Origin: an uncultured Pseudomonadota bacterium
GTDB lineage: Bacteria; Pseudomonadota; Alphaproteobacteria; Rhizobiales; Xanthobacteraceae
Reading direction: 5' to 3'
Assembly: GCA_963773715.1 (NCBI GenBank)
Contig: CAVZCM010000001.1
Span: 201,676-265,675 of the forward strand
DNA length: 64,000 nucleotides
Shown here: positions 54,934-64,000 of the stretch, in pieces
How the letters are laid out: every line of letters starts with the position of its first letter
Position numbering within the stretch: position 1 is the stretch's first letter
Translations under genes and position numbers: made by a program
The notes under the pieces: generated by a model
Told to the model about the DNA's origin: nothing
The model's input: the letters and a program-made list of their open reading frames with translations, nothing else
The model's database searches: none

Positions 54934-55830
54934 GTGATCGACAACTTGATGCTGCTGTTCCAGGCGCCCGTAATCGGGGCCGACCTGATCATCAATGGAC
55001 TGCTGGTCGGCGCGATCTTCGCGCTCGCCGCCTACGGCATGGCACTGGTCTGGGGGGTGATGAACATCATCAACATCGCCCAGGGCGAATTCGTGATGCT
55101 CGGCGGCTATGTGGCCATGGTGCTGTACTGGAACGGCGTCCATCCGCTGTTTGCTGTGCCGCTGGCGCCGGTCATACTGTTCTTCGTCGGCTACGCGCTT
55201 TACCGTCTGGTTGTCTTCCGCGTGGTCGATCGTGACCTGTTTGTCTCGATCCTCGCCACCTTCGGGCTTTCGATCCTGCTGCAGCAGTTGATGAATACGG
55301 TGTTCACCGGCAACATCCAGACGGCTCGCTCGGGTCTCGGCACCACGCAGCTCGGCAGCATCTCGGTCGCGAACATCAAGGTTCTCGCCTTCGTGCTGGC
55401 CATCGTGCTCGGCGGCTGCCTGGTCGTGTTCATGCGCCGCTCGCGGCTCGGCCAGGCAATCCGCGCCACCTCGCAGAACGCGCGGGCGGCCCGCGTGCTC
55501 GGTGTCGATACCGACAAGGTCTACGCCGTCACCTTTGGCCTCAACGCGGCGATCTGCGGCGCCGCCGGCGCCATGGTGGCGATGGCCTACAGCATCCACC
55601 CCTATATCGGGCTGCCCTACACCATCCGCGCCTTCATGATCGTCATCGTCGCCGGCCTCGGTAACATCGCCGGTGTCGTGCTGGCGGGCCTCGGCCTCGG
55701 CGCCGCCGAGAACGTCGCCGGCTTCGTGCTCGGCGCCCAGTTCCAGCTCGCGTTCACCTTCGGCCTCCTGGTGGTGGTGCTGGTGTGGCGCAATACGCGG
55801 CTTGCCGCCAAGCGGCAGTACCTCAAATGA
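54934..55830 (+). CDS. livH: LivH-like ABC permease
   Basis: GMALVWGVMNIINIAQGE, GQAIRATSQNARAARVLGVD, VAGLGNI. Confidence 0.85.
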   Translation: MIDNLMLLFQAPVIGADLIINGLLVGAIFALAAYGMALVWGVMNIINIAQGEFVMLGGYVAMVLYWNGVHPLFAVPLAPVILFFVGYALYRLVVFRVVDRDLFVSILATFGLSILLQQLMNTVFTGNIQTARSGLGTTQLGSISVANIKVLAFVLAIVLGGCLVVFMRRSRLGQAIRATSQNARAARVLGVDTDKVYAVTFGLNAAICGAAGAMVAMAYSIHPYIGLPYTIRAFMIVIVAGLGNIAGVVLAGLGLGAAENVAGFVLGAQFQLAFTFGLLVVVLVWRNTRLAAKRQYLK

Positions 55831-56912
55831 ACGTGTCCGTGCAGAAAATCGCCGGCTACGCCGCGCTCGTCCTGCTCGGGCTGGCGGCGCCGTTGCTGTT
55901 TCCGGCTTATCACTCTCAGCTCGCCGAACTGTGGCTGTTCGTCGTGTTTGCGCTGACCTGGGATCTGGTCGGCGGCCAGATGGGCTACAATTCGTTTGGC
56001 AACGTGCTGTTCGTCGGTGTCGGCACCTATGCCTGTGCGCTCGTGCAGGTGGCGCTGGTCTACAGCGTGTCCCAGTACACCTCCGCCGAGGGCGGCCAGC
56101 AAACCGTGTTCGTGTTCGACGTGCCGCATTACCTGGCAGGCCTGGCGGTCGGCCTGCCCGTGGCGGCTGTGCTCGCCGGCCTCACGGCGCTGGTGTTCGG
56201 GTCGATGGTGCTCGGCATGCGCGGGCACTATTTCGCCATCTGTACGCTCGGCCTTGGCGTTGCCGCCGGACAGATCGCCGCCGGCTGGACCTGGATCGGC
56301 GCGGGCTCCGGCCTGACGGCGCCCACCGCGCCGAACGCGCTCGGCGATGTCACCGAGTTCCTCTATTACCTCGCCTTCGGGCTCGCGGTGCTGACATTCA
56401 TCGTCATCCGATGGCTGCTCGGCACCCGCTTCGGCCTCGCGCTCAACGCCATCCGCGACGACGAGGACAAGGCGGAGGCGATGGGCCTGCCGACCAAGGC
56501 AATCAAGGTTACCGCCTGGTGCGTTGCCGGCATCCTGCTCGGCGTGTCGGGTGGAATTCTCGGCAATCTCAAGCGTTTCATCGATCCCATCGATGTAGCT
56601 TTCGCCGGCGAGACCTATGGCGTGTGGATGGTGCTGATGGCCATCCTCGGCGGCAAGGGCACGTTATGGGGCCCGGTCATCGGCGCGGCCGTCTTCCAGG
56701 TGCTGAAGGAAGTGTTCTGGATTTATCTGCTCGGCTGGCAGCGGGTGGCGCTCGGGCTGATGATCGTGGTCATCGTGGTGTTCTTCCCGCAGGGCATTCT
56801 CGGCTGGATGCGCGAAAAATTTCCCGAGATGTTCGGCCACCGGGTCGACCGCGGCGCATCACGGACAACCTCAGGCGGACCGGCGGCGCCGGTGCGGGAG
56901 CCGGCGGAATGA
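55827..56912 (+). CDS. livM: LivM-like ABC permease
   Basis: GQMGYNSFG, YFAICTL, AIRDDEDKAEAMG, ILGGKGTLWGP. Confidence 0.85.
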   Translation: MNVSVQKIAGYAALVLLGLAAPLLFPAYHSQLAELWLFVVFALTWDLVGGQMGYNSFGNVLFVGVGTYACALVQVALVYSVSQYTSAEGGQQTVFVFDVPHYLAGLAVGLPVAAVLAGLTALVFGSMVLGMRGHYFAICTLGLGVAAGQIAAGWTWIGAGSGLTAPTAPNALGDVTEFLYYLAFGLAVLTFIVIRWLLGTRFGLALNAIRDDEDKAEAMGLPTKAIKVTAWCVAGILLGVSGGILGNLKRFIDPIDVAFAGETYGVWMVLMAILGGKGTLWGPVIGAAVFQVLKEVFWIYLLGWQRVALGLMIVVIVVFFPQGILGWMREKFPEMFGHRVDRGASRTTSGGPAAPVREPAE

Positions 56913-57655
56913 GCGCGCTTCTCGAAATCCAGGGCGTGTCGAAATCGTTCGGCGGCGTGCACGCCAACAAGGACATTTCACTGGTGGTGCCGGAAGGCTC
57001 GATCGTGGGGCTGATCGGACCGAACGGCTCTGGCAAGACCACGTTGTTCTCCTCCATCGTCGGGCAGTATCCGATCGACGGCGGCTCGATCCGCTTCGAA
57101 GGCGAGGAAATCTCCAGGCTGCGGGTGCCGCAGATCGCGCGGCTCGGGCTGCTGCGCACGTTCCAGCAGACGCGCATCTACGGTCAGATGACCTGCATGC
57201 AGAACATGATCATCTCGGCCTCGGTGCGCAAACGCGGCTTCAGCGAAATGTTCCATGGCCAGCACGATCCGGCCGTCAACAAGCACGCCGAGGACATGCT
57301 GGAATTCGTCGGTCTCTACGAGAAGCGCTTCCTGCGGGCCGGCTCGCTGTCGTTCGGCCAGCAGAAGCTGCTCGAGTTCGCAATGGCGCTGATGAACGAG
57401 CCGCGGCTCCTGATGCTCGACGAACCCACCGCCGGCATCAACCCGACGCTGATCAACGGCCTGATCGACCGGCTCAAGCGCGCCAATGCACAGTTCGGCA
57501 TCACGCTGTTCGTCATCGAGCACAACATGCGCGTGATCATGAATCTCGCCCAGCACATCTATTGTCTGGCGCACGGCGAACTGCTCGCTTCCGGAACCCC
57601 GGAGCAGATCCGCAATGATCCGAGGGTCCTCGACGCCTATCTGGGAGCCCACTAA
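56909..57655 (+). CDS. livG: LivG-like ABC ATPase
   Basis: GPNGSGKTT, RTFQ, LSFGQQK, MLDEPTAG, YLG. Confidence 0.88.
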   Translation: MSALLEIQGVSKSFGGVHANKDISLVVPEGSIVGLIGPNGSGKTTLFSSIVGQYPIDGGSIRFEGEEISRLRVPQIARLGLLRTFQQTRIYGQMTCMQNMIISASVRKRGFSEMFHGQHDPAVNKHAEDMLEFVGLYEKRFLRAGSLSFGQQKLLEFAMALMNEPRLLMLDEPTAGINPTLINGLIDRLKRANAQFGITLFVIEHNMRVIMNLAQHIYCLAHGELLASGTPEQIRNDPRVLDAYLGAH

Positions 57656-57657
57656 AG

Positions 57658-58512
57658 ATGAGCGAACAGGGCATCAAGGGTTACGGCTTCGGCAGCGTCG
57701 ACTCCGTCATGTCGGTCGACGACGTGCAGCGCGAGGCCGAACGCATCGCCGAGCACGCACCGTCGATCGGCGAACTCGAGGCGCTCGTCAAGGGAGACAA
57801 CTTCCTCATCATCGACGATATGCGCTCCGGCTACGGGCAGATGGAAATCCTGCACGATTTCTCGCTGCGCGTCGGCAAGGGCCAGTCGCTCTGCCTGATC
57901 GGACCGAACGGCGCCGGCAAGTCGACGGTATTGCATTCGATCTTCGGCTTCGCCACGGTGATGAGCGGCAGCATCCAGGTGGACGGCAAGGAAGTGACCG
58001 GGCTGTCGTCCAACGAGAAGCTCAAGAGCGCCGGCATCGCTTACATCCTGCAGGACAATTCCGTGTTCCCCGACATGACGGTGGAGGAAAACCTCTGGAT
58101 GGGCGGCTTCCTCAAGGCAAACTCCGCGGAATCGCACGCGGCCGCCGACAAGGTGTTCGTCAAATATGAGCGGCTTGCACAGCGGCGGTATCAGCCGGCG
58201 CGCGTTCTGTCGGGCGGCGAGCGGCGCCTGCTGGAAATCTCGCGCGCGCTGGTGATGGAGCCGGACGTGCTTCTGGTCGACGAGCCGTCGATTGGTCTCG
58301 AACCGCGCTACATCGACATGGTGTTCGAGATCCTCGACGACCTGCAGAACAACGAAGGCAAGACCATCATTATGGTTGAGCAGAACGCCAAGAAAGGCCT
58401 GAGCTTCGCCGACATCGGCTATGTGCTGGTGTCGGGCCAGCTCGCCAAGGCCGGCAATGGCGAGGCGCTGCTGGAAGATCCGGACGTGGCGCGGCTGTTC
58501 CTTGGCGGATAG
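57658..58512 (+). CDS. livF: LivF-like ABC ATPase with a ~45-aa N-terminal extension
   Basis: GPNGAGKST, LSGGERR, LVDEPSIGL, VEQN. Confidence 0.85.
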   Translation: MSEQGIKGYGFGSVDSVMSVDDVQREAERIAEHAPSIGELEALVKGDNFLIIDDMRSGYGQMEILHDFSLRVGKGQSLCLIGPNGAGKSTVLHSIFGFATVMSGSIQVDGKEVTGLSSNEKLKSAGIAYILQDNSVFPDMTVEENLWMGGFLKANSAESHAAADKVFVKYERLAQRRYQPARVLSGGERRLLEISRALVMEPDVLLVDEPSIGLEPRYIDMVFEILDDLQNNEGKTIIMVEQNAKKGLSFADIGYVLVSGQLAKAGNGEALLEDPDVARLFLGG

Positions 58513-58514
58513 CC

Positions 58515-59270
58515 CTAACCCAAAAACCCGCCGCCGTTGACGTGGATCGCCTGGCCGGTGATCGAGCGGCCATTGGGCCCGCACAAAAGGCGCACCATGG
58601 CGGCGACATCCTCGGGGCGCGCACGCTCGCCAGTGAGCGTGTGGTGGGTGAGATGGGCGGCCGGACCGGGCGAGGTCGACGGCCGCGAGGTGTCGACGGC
58701 GCCGGGCACCACGCAATTGGCCGTGATCCTGTCGTCGGCGAGATCATGCGCCAGCGCCCGGCTGAAACCGATCAGCGCCGCCTTCGCCGTCATCACGTGG
58801 GCGCGGTTTTTGGCGCCAATATGCGCGCTCATGCCGCCCATATTGACGATACGGCCTTCGCCGCTCTGCTTCAGCGCCGGCAGGCAGGCGGTAACGCAAT
58901 GGAAGGCGCCGTCGAGGGTGACGTCCATCACCTCCCGCCAGTCGGCATAGGACATCTCGCCGATCGGCTTTTCGCGGCGCAGTGCCGCGTTGTTCACGAG
59001 AATGTCGATGCGGCCGAATCGGCCGAGCGCCAGCGCCGCGAGATCGCGTGCGGTTTCCGGTTCGCCAATGTCGCCGATGTGCGGGACCGCGCTGACGCCC
59101 GCGGACTCGATCTCGGCCACCACCGCGTCGGCTTCCGCCTTGTTCGAACGCACGTTGATCACGAGTGCCGCACCGTCACCCGCCAACGCCAGCGCGATGG
59201 CGCGGCCGATGTTGCGGCCCGCACCCGTGACGATCGCGACCTTGCCGGCAAGCACCTTTTCCTCGGCCAT
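58515..59270 (-). CDS. Short-chain dehydrogenase/reductase (FabG-like)
   Basis: TGAGRNIG, LVNNAA, ANCVVPG, ITGQAIHVNGG. The YxxxK position reads VMTAK, so the catalytic Tyr appears to be absent. Confidence 0.85.
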   Translation of the reverse strand: MAEEKVLAGKVAIVTGAGRNIGRAIALALAGDGAALVINVRSNKAEADAVVAEIESAGVSAVPHIGDIGEPETARDLAALALGRFGRIDILVNNAALRREKPIGEMSYADWREVMDVTLDGAFHCVTACLPALKQSGEGRIVNMGGMSAHIGAKNRAHVMTAKAALIGFSRALAHDLADDRITANCVVPGAVDTSRPSTSPGPAAHLTHHTLTGERARPEDVAAMVRLLCGPNGRSITGQAIHVNGGGFLG

Positions 59271-59517
59271 CTTGTCCCCGCCCCATGATGAAACCGGAAT
59301 GAAGCTTTATCAGCTTGCCGCACACGAGACCACCGCACGCGGCGGGCTGCACAGTCAGTCGCCCCCCTTTCAACCGGAGAAAATACGTTCCCGCCCCGGA
59401 TTCTCAATTCACGGCACGCGGTACCATCTGCCGAAATCTTCTGACCCGCGCGCCGCATTTGCGCTAACATTGCTCGCGCAAACCGCCTGGGAAAAGAGGG
59501 GGAGGGAGAAAACAAGA

Positions 59518-60231
59518 ATGGAGTTGCATCCGCACATTCCGACGGAGGCCCACATCGGCTTCCTCAACATGACGATTCCGGTTCACTGGGATTACCATGC
59601 CTTCCTCATGGTCGGGGTCTGGTTTGTGCTGGTGCCGATCTGCATCATCGTGATCCGGTTCGGAAAACCGAAACCGACGCTGACCGGCCTCCACCGGAAG
59701 GTGTCGATCTGGAACGCGGAGTGGTGGTGGTTCAGCGTCCACAAATACGGGCTGATTTTCTCGATCAGCCTGGCTCTCGCGGGTGCGATCGTTGCGGTGA
59801 CGGTCAGCGGCGGCTTCAGCGGCTCATTTCATTCGTTCTTCGGCCTGACGACGGTGGCGCTTGGATGCCTGCAGATCATGGGCGGCTGGCTCAGAGGCAA
59901 GCACGGCGGCAAGAATTATTACTCGGCCAAGCCGGATGATCCCGCGACGTGGTTCGGCGATCACTACAACATGACGACACGCCGGCGCGTGTTCGAGGCC
60001 TATCACAAGACCGCCGGCTATTTCGTCTTCTTCTTCGCCGCCGGTGCGATCGCCAGCGGGTTGATGCAGTATCCAATTCCGGGACTGGCGGAATTCATCA
60101 TCGCCATGGTGATCATTGCGTTCCTCGTGTCCATCGTGCTCGAATACAAAGGCTACCGCTACGACGGTTATCGCGCGGCGCATGGCTACACAATGGATGC
60201 GCCCTTCAACAAAGAACGTGAATTTCTGTAG
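59518..60231 (+). CDS. Cytochrome b561-like di-heme membrane protein
   Basis: About 5-6 TM segments with four spaced His: YHAFLM, VHKYG, FHSFFG, YHKTAG. Confidence 0.7.
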   Translation: MELHPHIPTEAHIGFLNMTIPVHWDYHAFLMVGVWFVLVPICIIVIRFGKPKPTLTGLHRKVSIWNAEWWWFSVHKYGLIFSISLALAGAIVAVTVSGGFSGSFHSFFGLTTVALGCLQIMGGWLRGKHGGKNYYSAKPDDPATWFGDHYNMTTRRRVFEAYHKTAGYFVFFFAAGAIASGLMQYPIPGLAEFIIAMVIIAFLVSIVLEYKGYRYDGYRAAHGYTMDAPFNKEREFL

Positions 60232-60273
60232 CGCCTCATTTCATAATCACGCGCAAAGTCGGGGACGATACGC

Positions 60274-61533
60274 ATGAGCAGTCAGGATTTGCCCAAGCCG
60301 GATTACGTCAAGAACATGAAGCTTATCGGGCATACCGATCAGGGCGGGCGGCCGGACGGCGTGCAACTGATGATCAACAAGGGTTACGCCTTCGTCGGCC
60401 ACATGTTCTCCAAGGGGTTCAGCGTGATCGACGTGCGCGATCCGCGCAATCCCAGGCCGGCCAATTATTTTCCGGCGCCACCGAACACCTGGATGATCCA
60501 CCTGCAGACCCACGGCGATCTGCTGCTCGTCATCAATGCGCGTGACATGTTCGCGGCCGAGGAATTCCAGGACGAGCATGCCTATTACCAGGGCTCGCAC
60601 GCCGAGAAGTCGACTGCCGATGCGGCAAGCGAAGGCAAGCGCAACTGGACGGCGGGTATGGGTGTCTACGACATCTCGAACCCGGCGGAGCCGCGCCAGA
60701 TCGGCTTCTTGCCGATCGATGGCGGCGGCATTCACCGCATCTGGTACGTGGGCGGGCGCTGGGCCTACGTCTCGGCGATGATCGACGGATTCACCGACTA
60801 CATCTTCATGACCGTCGACCTGTCCGATCCCGCCAGGCCGAAGGAAGCCGGCCGCTACTGGCTGCCTGGCATGAACGCGGCGGCCGGCGAAAAGCCGGAC
60901 TGGCCGTCAAACCGGCGCTATGGCTTGCACCACGCCATCGTCAACGGCGACACGGCTTACGGCGCCTGGCGCGACGGTGGCCTGGTGATGATGGACGTTT
61001 CCGACCGCACTGCCCCGAAGCTCATCACCCATCACAACTGGTGCCCGCCCTACGGCGGCGGAACGCACAACTGCCTGCCCCTGCCCGACCGCAACCTGCT
61101 GATCGTGGCAGACGAAGCCGTGCTCGATCATTGCGAAGACGGCATCAAATACATCTGGGTGTTCGATATTCGCGAACCGACCAACCCGATCAGCATATCG
61201 ACATTTCCGACGCCTGACGAAGCCGACTATTGCGCCAAGGGCGGGCACTTCGGCCCGCACAACATCCACGAAAACAGGCCTGACGCATTCGTCAGCTCGA
61301 ACCTGATCTTCTCCACCTATCAGAACGCCGGCTTCCGGGTGACCGACATCAGCGATGCCTACCGGCCCAGGGAGGTCGGCGCCTTCGTGCCGCCCGAGCC
61401 CAGGCAACTCGCCGACCGCCGCCCGAACCGGGCCAGGGTGATCCAGACCTGCGACGTCTACGTGACCGCCGACGGCCTGCTTTACACCACCGACTTCAAC
61501 GGCGGCATGTACATTCTGGAATATACGGGCTGA
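60274..61533 (+). CDS. LVIVD-repeat beta-propeller protein (second paralog, no signal peptide)
   Basis: IDVRDPRNP, YDISNPAEP, VDLSDPARP, MDVSDRTAP, FDIREPTNP, TDISDAYRP. Confidence 0.85.
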   Translation: MSSQDLPKPDYVKNMKLIGHTDQGGRPDGVQLMINKGYAFVGHMFSKGFSVIDVRDPRNPRPANYFPAPPNTWMIHLQTHGDLLLVINARDMFAAEEFQDEHAYYQGSHAEKSTADAASEGKRNWTAGMGVYDISNPAEPRQIGFLPIDGGGIHRIWYVGGRWAYVSAMIDGFTDYIFMTVDLSDPARPKEAGRYWLPGMNAAAGEKPDWPSNRRYGLHHAIVNGDTAYGAWRDGGLVMMDVSDRTAPKLITHHNWCPPYGGGTHNCLPLPDRNLLIVADEAVLDHCEDGIKYIWVFDIREPTNPISISTFPTPDEADYCAKGGHFGPHNIHENRPDAFVSSNLIFSTYQNAGFRVTDISDAYRPREVGAFVPPEPRQLADRRPNRARVIQTCDVYVTADGLLYTTDFNGGMYILEYTG

Positions 61534-61545
61534 CCGGTATGCCGG

Positions 61546-62337
61546 TCAGGCGCCGTTGAACTGCGGCTTGCGCTTTTCCATAAAGGCCTGGCGGCCCTCG
61601 ATGTAGTCCTTGCTGGCGAAGCATTGCGACACCAGCTCGGCACAACGGTCGAGATTGCGCTCGCTTTCCGGCTTCACGGTCTCGCCGACGATGTACTTCA
61701 CCGAATTGACCGTGAGCGGCGCGTTCCCGCTGATGGTGTCGGCGTAATTCTTCACATAGTCCTCGAGCTCCTCCGCCGGCACCACGCGGTTGACCAGCCC
61801 CATGGTCTGCGCTTCCAGCGCGGTGAACTGGCGCGCGGTGTAGAAGATTTCCTTGGCGAAGGACGGGCCAACCACGTCGACCAGCTTCTTGATGCCCTTG
61901 TAGCCGTAGCCGAGGCCGAGCCTGGCGGCCGGCACGGCGAATTTCGAATTATCCGAGCAGATGCGCAGGTCGCAGCACAGCGCCAGCCCCATACCGCCGC
62001 CGATGCAGTAGCCGCGGATCATGGCAATGGTCGGCTTGGGGAATTCGTAGACCGCGGTATTGGCCTCGTCGACCGCAACGTTGTAGCGGTCGATCGCCTC
62101 CTTGCTCGAGCGCTCGCTCTCGAACTTGGAAATGTCGGCGCCCGACACGAAGGCTTTGCCGCCGGCACCGGTGAGCACCACTACGCGGATCGCGTTATCC
62201 TTGGCGAAGTCCTCAAGGATACCGCTCGCCGCCTGCCACATTTCCAGCGACACGGCATTATGACGCTCGGGATTGTTGAAGATGAGATAGCCGACGCCGC
62301 CCTCTTTGCGGGACAGCATTTTGTCGGTCTGGGTCAT
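61546..62337 (-). CDS. Enoyl-CoA hydratase/isomerase family protein
   Basis: FNNPERHNA, FVSGADI, YCIGGG, PAARLGLGY, FTALEAQTMGLVN. Confidence 0.88.
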   Translation of the reverse strand: MTQTDKMLSRKEGGVGYLIFNNPERHNAVSLEMWQAASGILEDFAKDNAIRVVVLTGAGGKAFVSGADISKFESERSSKEAIDRYNVAVDEANTAVYEFPKPTIAMIRGYCIGGGMGLALCCDLRICSDNSKFAVPAARLGLGYGYKGIKKLVDVVGPSFAKEIFYTARQFTALEAQTMGLVNRVVPAEELEDYVKNYADTISGNAPLTVNSVKYIVGETVKPESERNLDRCAELVSQCFASKDYIEGRQAFMEKRKPQFNGA

Positions 62338-62363
62338 TACGCGCTCCTTGTCCCCTTGGCTCG

Positions 62364-63557
62364 TCAGACGGCCTTCGCCTCGTGCAGCTTGGCGATCTCG
62401 GCGTCGGAAAAGCCGAATTCCTTGAAAACCTCGTCGGTGTGCTGGCCCTGCTCGGGCGGCGTGGCGACGACCTTGCTCGGCGTGCGCGAGAGCGCGACCG
62501 GCTGACCGACGAACACCTGCTCGCTGCCGTCCGGACGCCTGGCGCCCTGCGCAATGCCGAGGTGCTTCACCTGCGGATCGGCAAACACCTGATCGATGGA
62601 ATAGATCGGGCCGCACGGCACGCCGGTCTCGTTGAAGATGCCGATCCACTCGCCACTGGTCCTGGTCGCCGTGCGCTCGTTGATCTTGGCGTTGAGGGTG
62701 TCGCGGTTTTGCGAGCGCAGTGCGCCGGTTTTGTACAGTGGATCGTCGATCAACTCCGGGGCGCCGATCGCCTTGCAGCAGCGCTCCCACATCACCTGGC
62801 CGGTGGACGCAATGTTGATGTGGCCGTCCCTGGTCTTGAACACGCCTGTTGGGATCGAGGTCGGGTGATTGTTGCCAGCTTGCTTGGGCACTTCCTGCAT
62901 TTGCAGCCAGCGCGCGGCCTGGAAGTCGAGCATGAAGATCTGCGCCTGCAACAGCGAGGTGGAAACCGCCTGGCCTTCGCCCGACACATCGCGCTCGAGC
63001 AGCGCGGTGAGGATGCCGATGGCGCAGAACAGGCCCGCGGTGAGATCAGCAATCGGGATACCGACGCGCACCGGTCCCTGTCCCGGCAAGCCGGTGATCG
63101 ACATCAGCCCGCCCATGCCCTGCGCGATCTGGTCGAAGCCGGGCCGGTCGCGATAAGGCCCGTCCTGGCCGAAGCCGGAGATGCTGGCGACCACGATGCC
63201 CTTGTTGATCTTCTTCAGGCTCTCGTAGTCGATGCCGAGGCGGCTCTTCACGTCCGGACGGAAGTTTTCGACCACGACATCGGCCTTCTCGACCAGGCGC
63301 TTGAAGGCGGCAAGGCCTTCGGGCGATTTCAGGTCAAGGGTGATCGAGCGCTTGTTGCGATGCAGGTTCTGGAAGTCCGCGTTATGGCGCGGCCCGCCCG
63401 GTCCCTCGCCCTTCTCCAGATGCGGCGGGGTCTCGATCTTGATGACGTTGGCGCCCCAGTCGGCGAGCTGGCGCACGCAGGTCGGGCCGGAGCGCACGCG
63501 GGTCAGATCGAGAACGGTGAATCGGGAGAGAGCCTGGGAGGCCCGGGGAAAGGACAT
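62364..63557 (-). CDS. Family III CoA-transferase (CaiB/BaiF)
   Basis: VLDLTRVRSGP, GANVIKIE, NKRSITLDLK, VENFRP, SISGFGQDGP, catalytic Asp in IADLTAG. Confidence 0.92.
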   Translation of the reverse strand: MSFPRASQALSRFTVLDLTRVRSGPTCVRQLADWGANVIKIETPPHLEKGEGPGGPRHNADFQNLHRNKRSITLDLKSPEGLAAFKRLVEKADVVVENFRPDVKSRLGIDYESLKKINKGIVVASISGFGQDGPYRDRPGFDQIAQGMGGLMSITGLPGQGPVRVGIPIADLTAGLFCAIGILTALLERDVSGEGQAVSTSLLQAQIFMLDFQAARWLQMQEVPKQAGNNHPTSIPTGVFKTRDGHINIASTGQVMWERCCKAIGAPELIDDPLYKTGALRSQNRDTLNAKINERTATRTSGEWIGIFNETGVPCGPIYSIDQVFADPQVKHLGIAQGARRPDGSEQVFVGQPVALSRTPSKVVATPPEQGQHTDEVFKEFGFSDAEIAKLHEAKAV

Positions 63558-63938
63558 TGACGACCTCCGGACGGATTAATGCGGTCGGAATGGCGTTTAA
63601 AGCCGAAAAAGGCGGGCCGCACCATCCCCGATCCGTCGCGGATTGTCTATCACCCAGGGCCGCAAGCCGGTGCCAAATGGTTCACCCTGCTGACAAAAAT
63701 AGCCGCCACGGCCTTGAAAAGACCACCAATGGCTGTCATATGACACGTGCGGATGAAGAGACCTGATTCCAGAAGGTCAGCGGGCCGCGTGCACGAAACC
63801 GGTTTCAACACCAATTTCGCCCCGCCCATCCGACTTCCAGACGACCGACAACCCTGGCCACGCGGGATGTCTAAAACCCCGCGATTCCGCCGTCCGCAAC
63901 AGCGGACCGGCCGTTTCGCTTTATAAGAAAGTGACCTT

Positions 63939-64000
63939 TTGACTTCTTTTCACGACTTCGGCCTCGCAGAGCCGATCCTTCGCGCCATCGCCGAAGAGAA
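63939..64000 (+). CDS. 5' end of a DEAD/DEAH-box RNA helicase (RhlE-like), truncated by the window edge
   Basis: TTG start, then (M)TSFHDFGLAEPILRAIAEE, matching the Q-motif region of alphaproteobacterial RhlE proteins. Only 20 codons are visible. Confidence 0.7.
   Translation, partial: MTSFHDFGLAEPILRAIAEE

Overview
High-GC alphaproteobacterial chromosome segment. Gene style and the palindromic repeat families suggest Hyphomicrobiales, Xanthobacteraceae/Nitrobacteraceae-like (inference). About 58 protein genes, nearly all catabolic or transport. In order: an E1a/E1b/E2 2-oxoacid (acetoin-type) dehydrogenase operon lacking E3; chrB-chrA; an NMT1/SsuA-type ABC system; a GlcD/GlcF-like FAD/Fe-S oxidase divergent from a serine-glyoxylate aminotransferase; a three-gene retropepsin + inactive-transglutaminase/7TM + RimK-like ATP-grasp module; benzoate-CoA ligase; a half-size MetE-like enzyme coupled to a GST; an M24 enzyme; cidA/lrgB; an orphan Rieske oxygenase; a large unknown-substrate cluster (ABC, crotonase, LVIVD propeller, CobW, MetF, CoA-transferase, two Gfo/Idh/MocA, Ldh2, amidohydrolase, CoxL-like); a Liv-type ABC system; cytochrome b561 plus a second LVIVD propeller; a CaiB/crotonase pair; and the first codons of a DEAD-box helicase. 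Non-coding features: at least 7 REP-like palindromes of several families (one nested), a longer ~340 bp structured element, a complete 1.24 kb IS4-family element inserted in the loop of a REP hairpin with target duplication, a candidate anti-Shine-Dalgarno sRNA, and a candidate EcfG promoter. Two genes carry single-base frameshifts (real or sequencing error). No rRNA, tRNA or CRISPR array was seen. All product calls come from motif and family recognition by eye; no searches were run.
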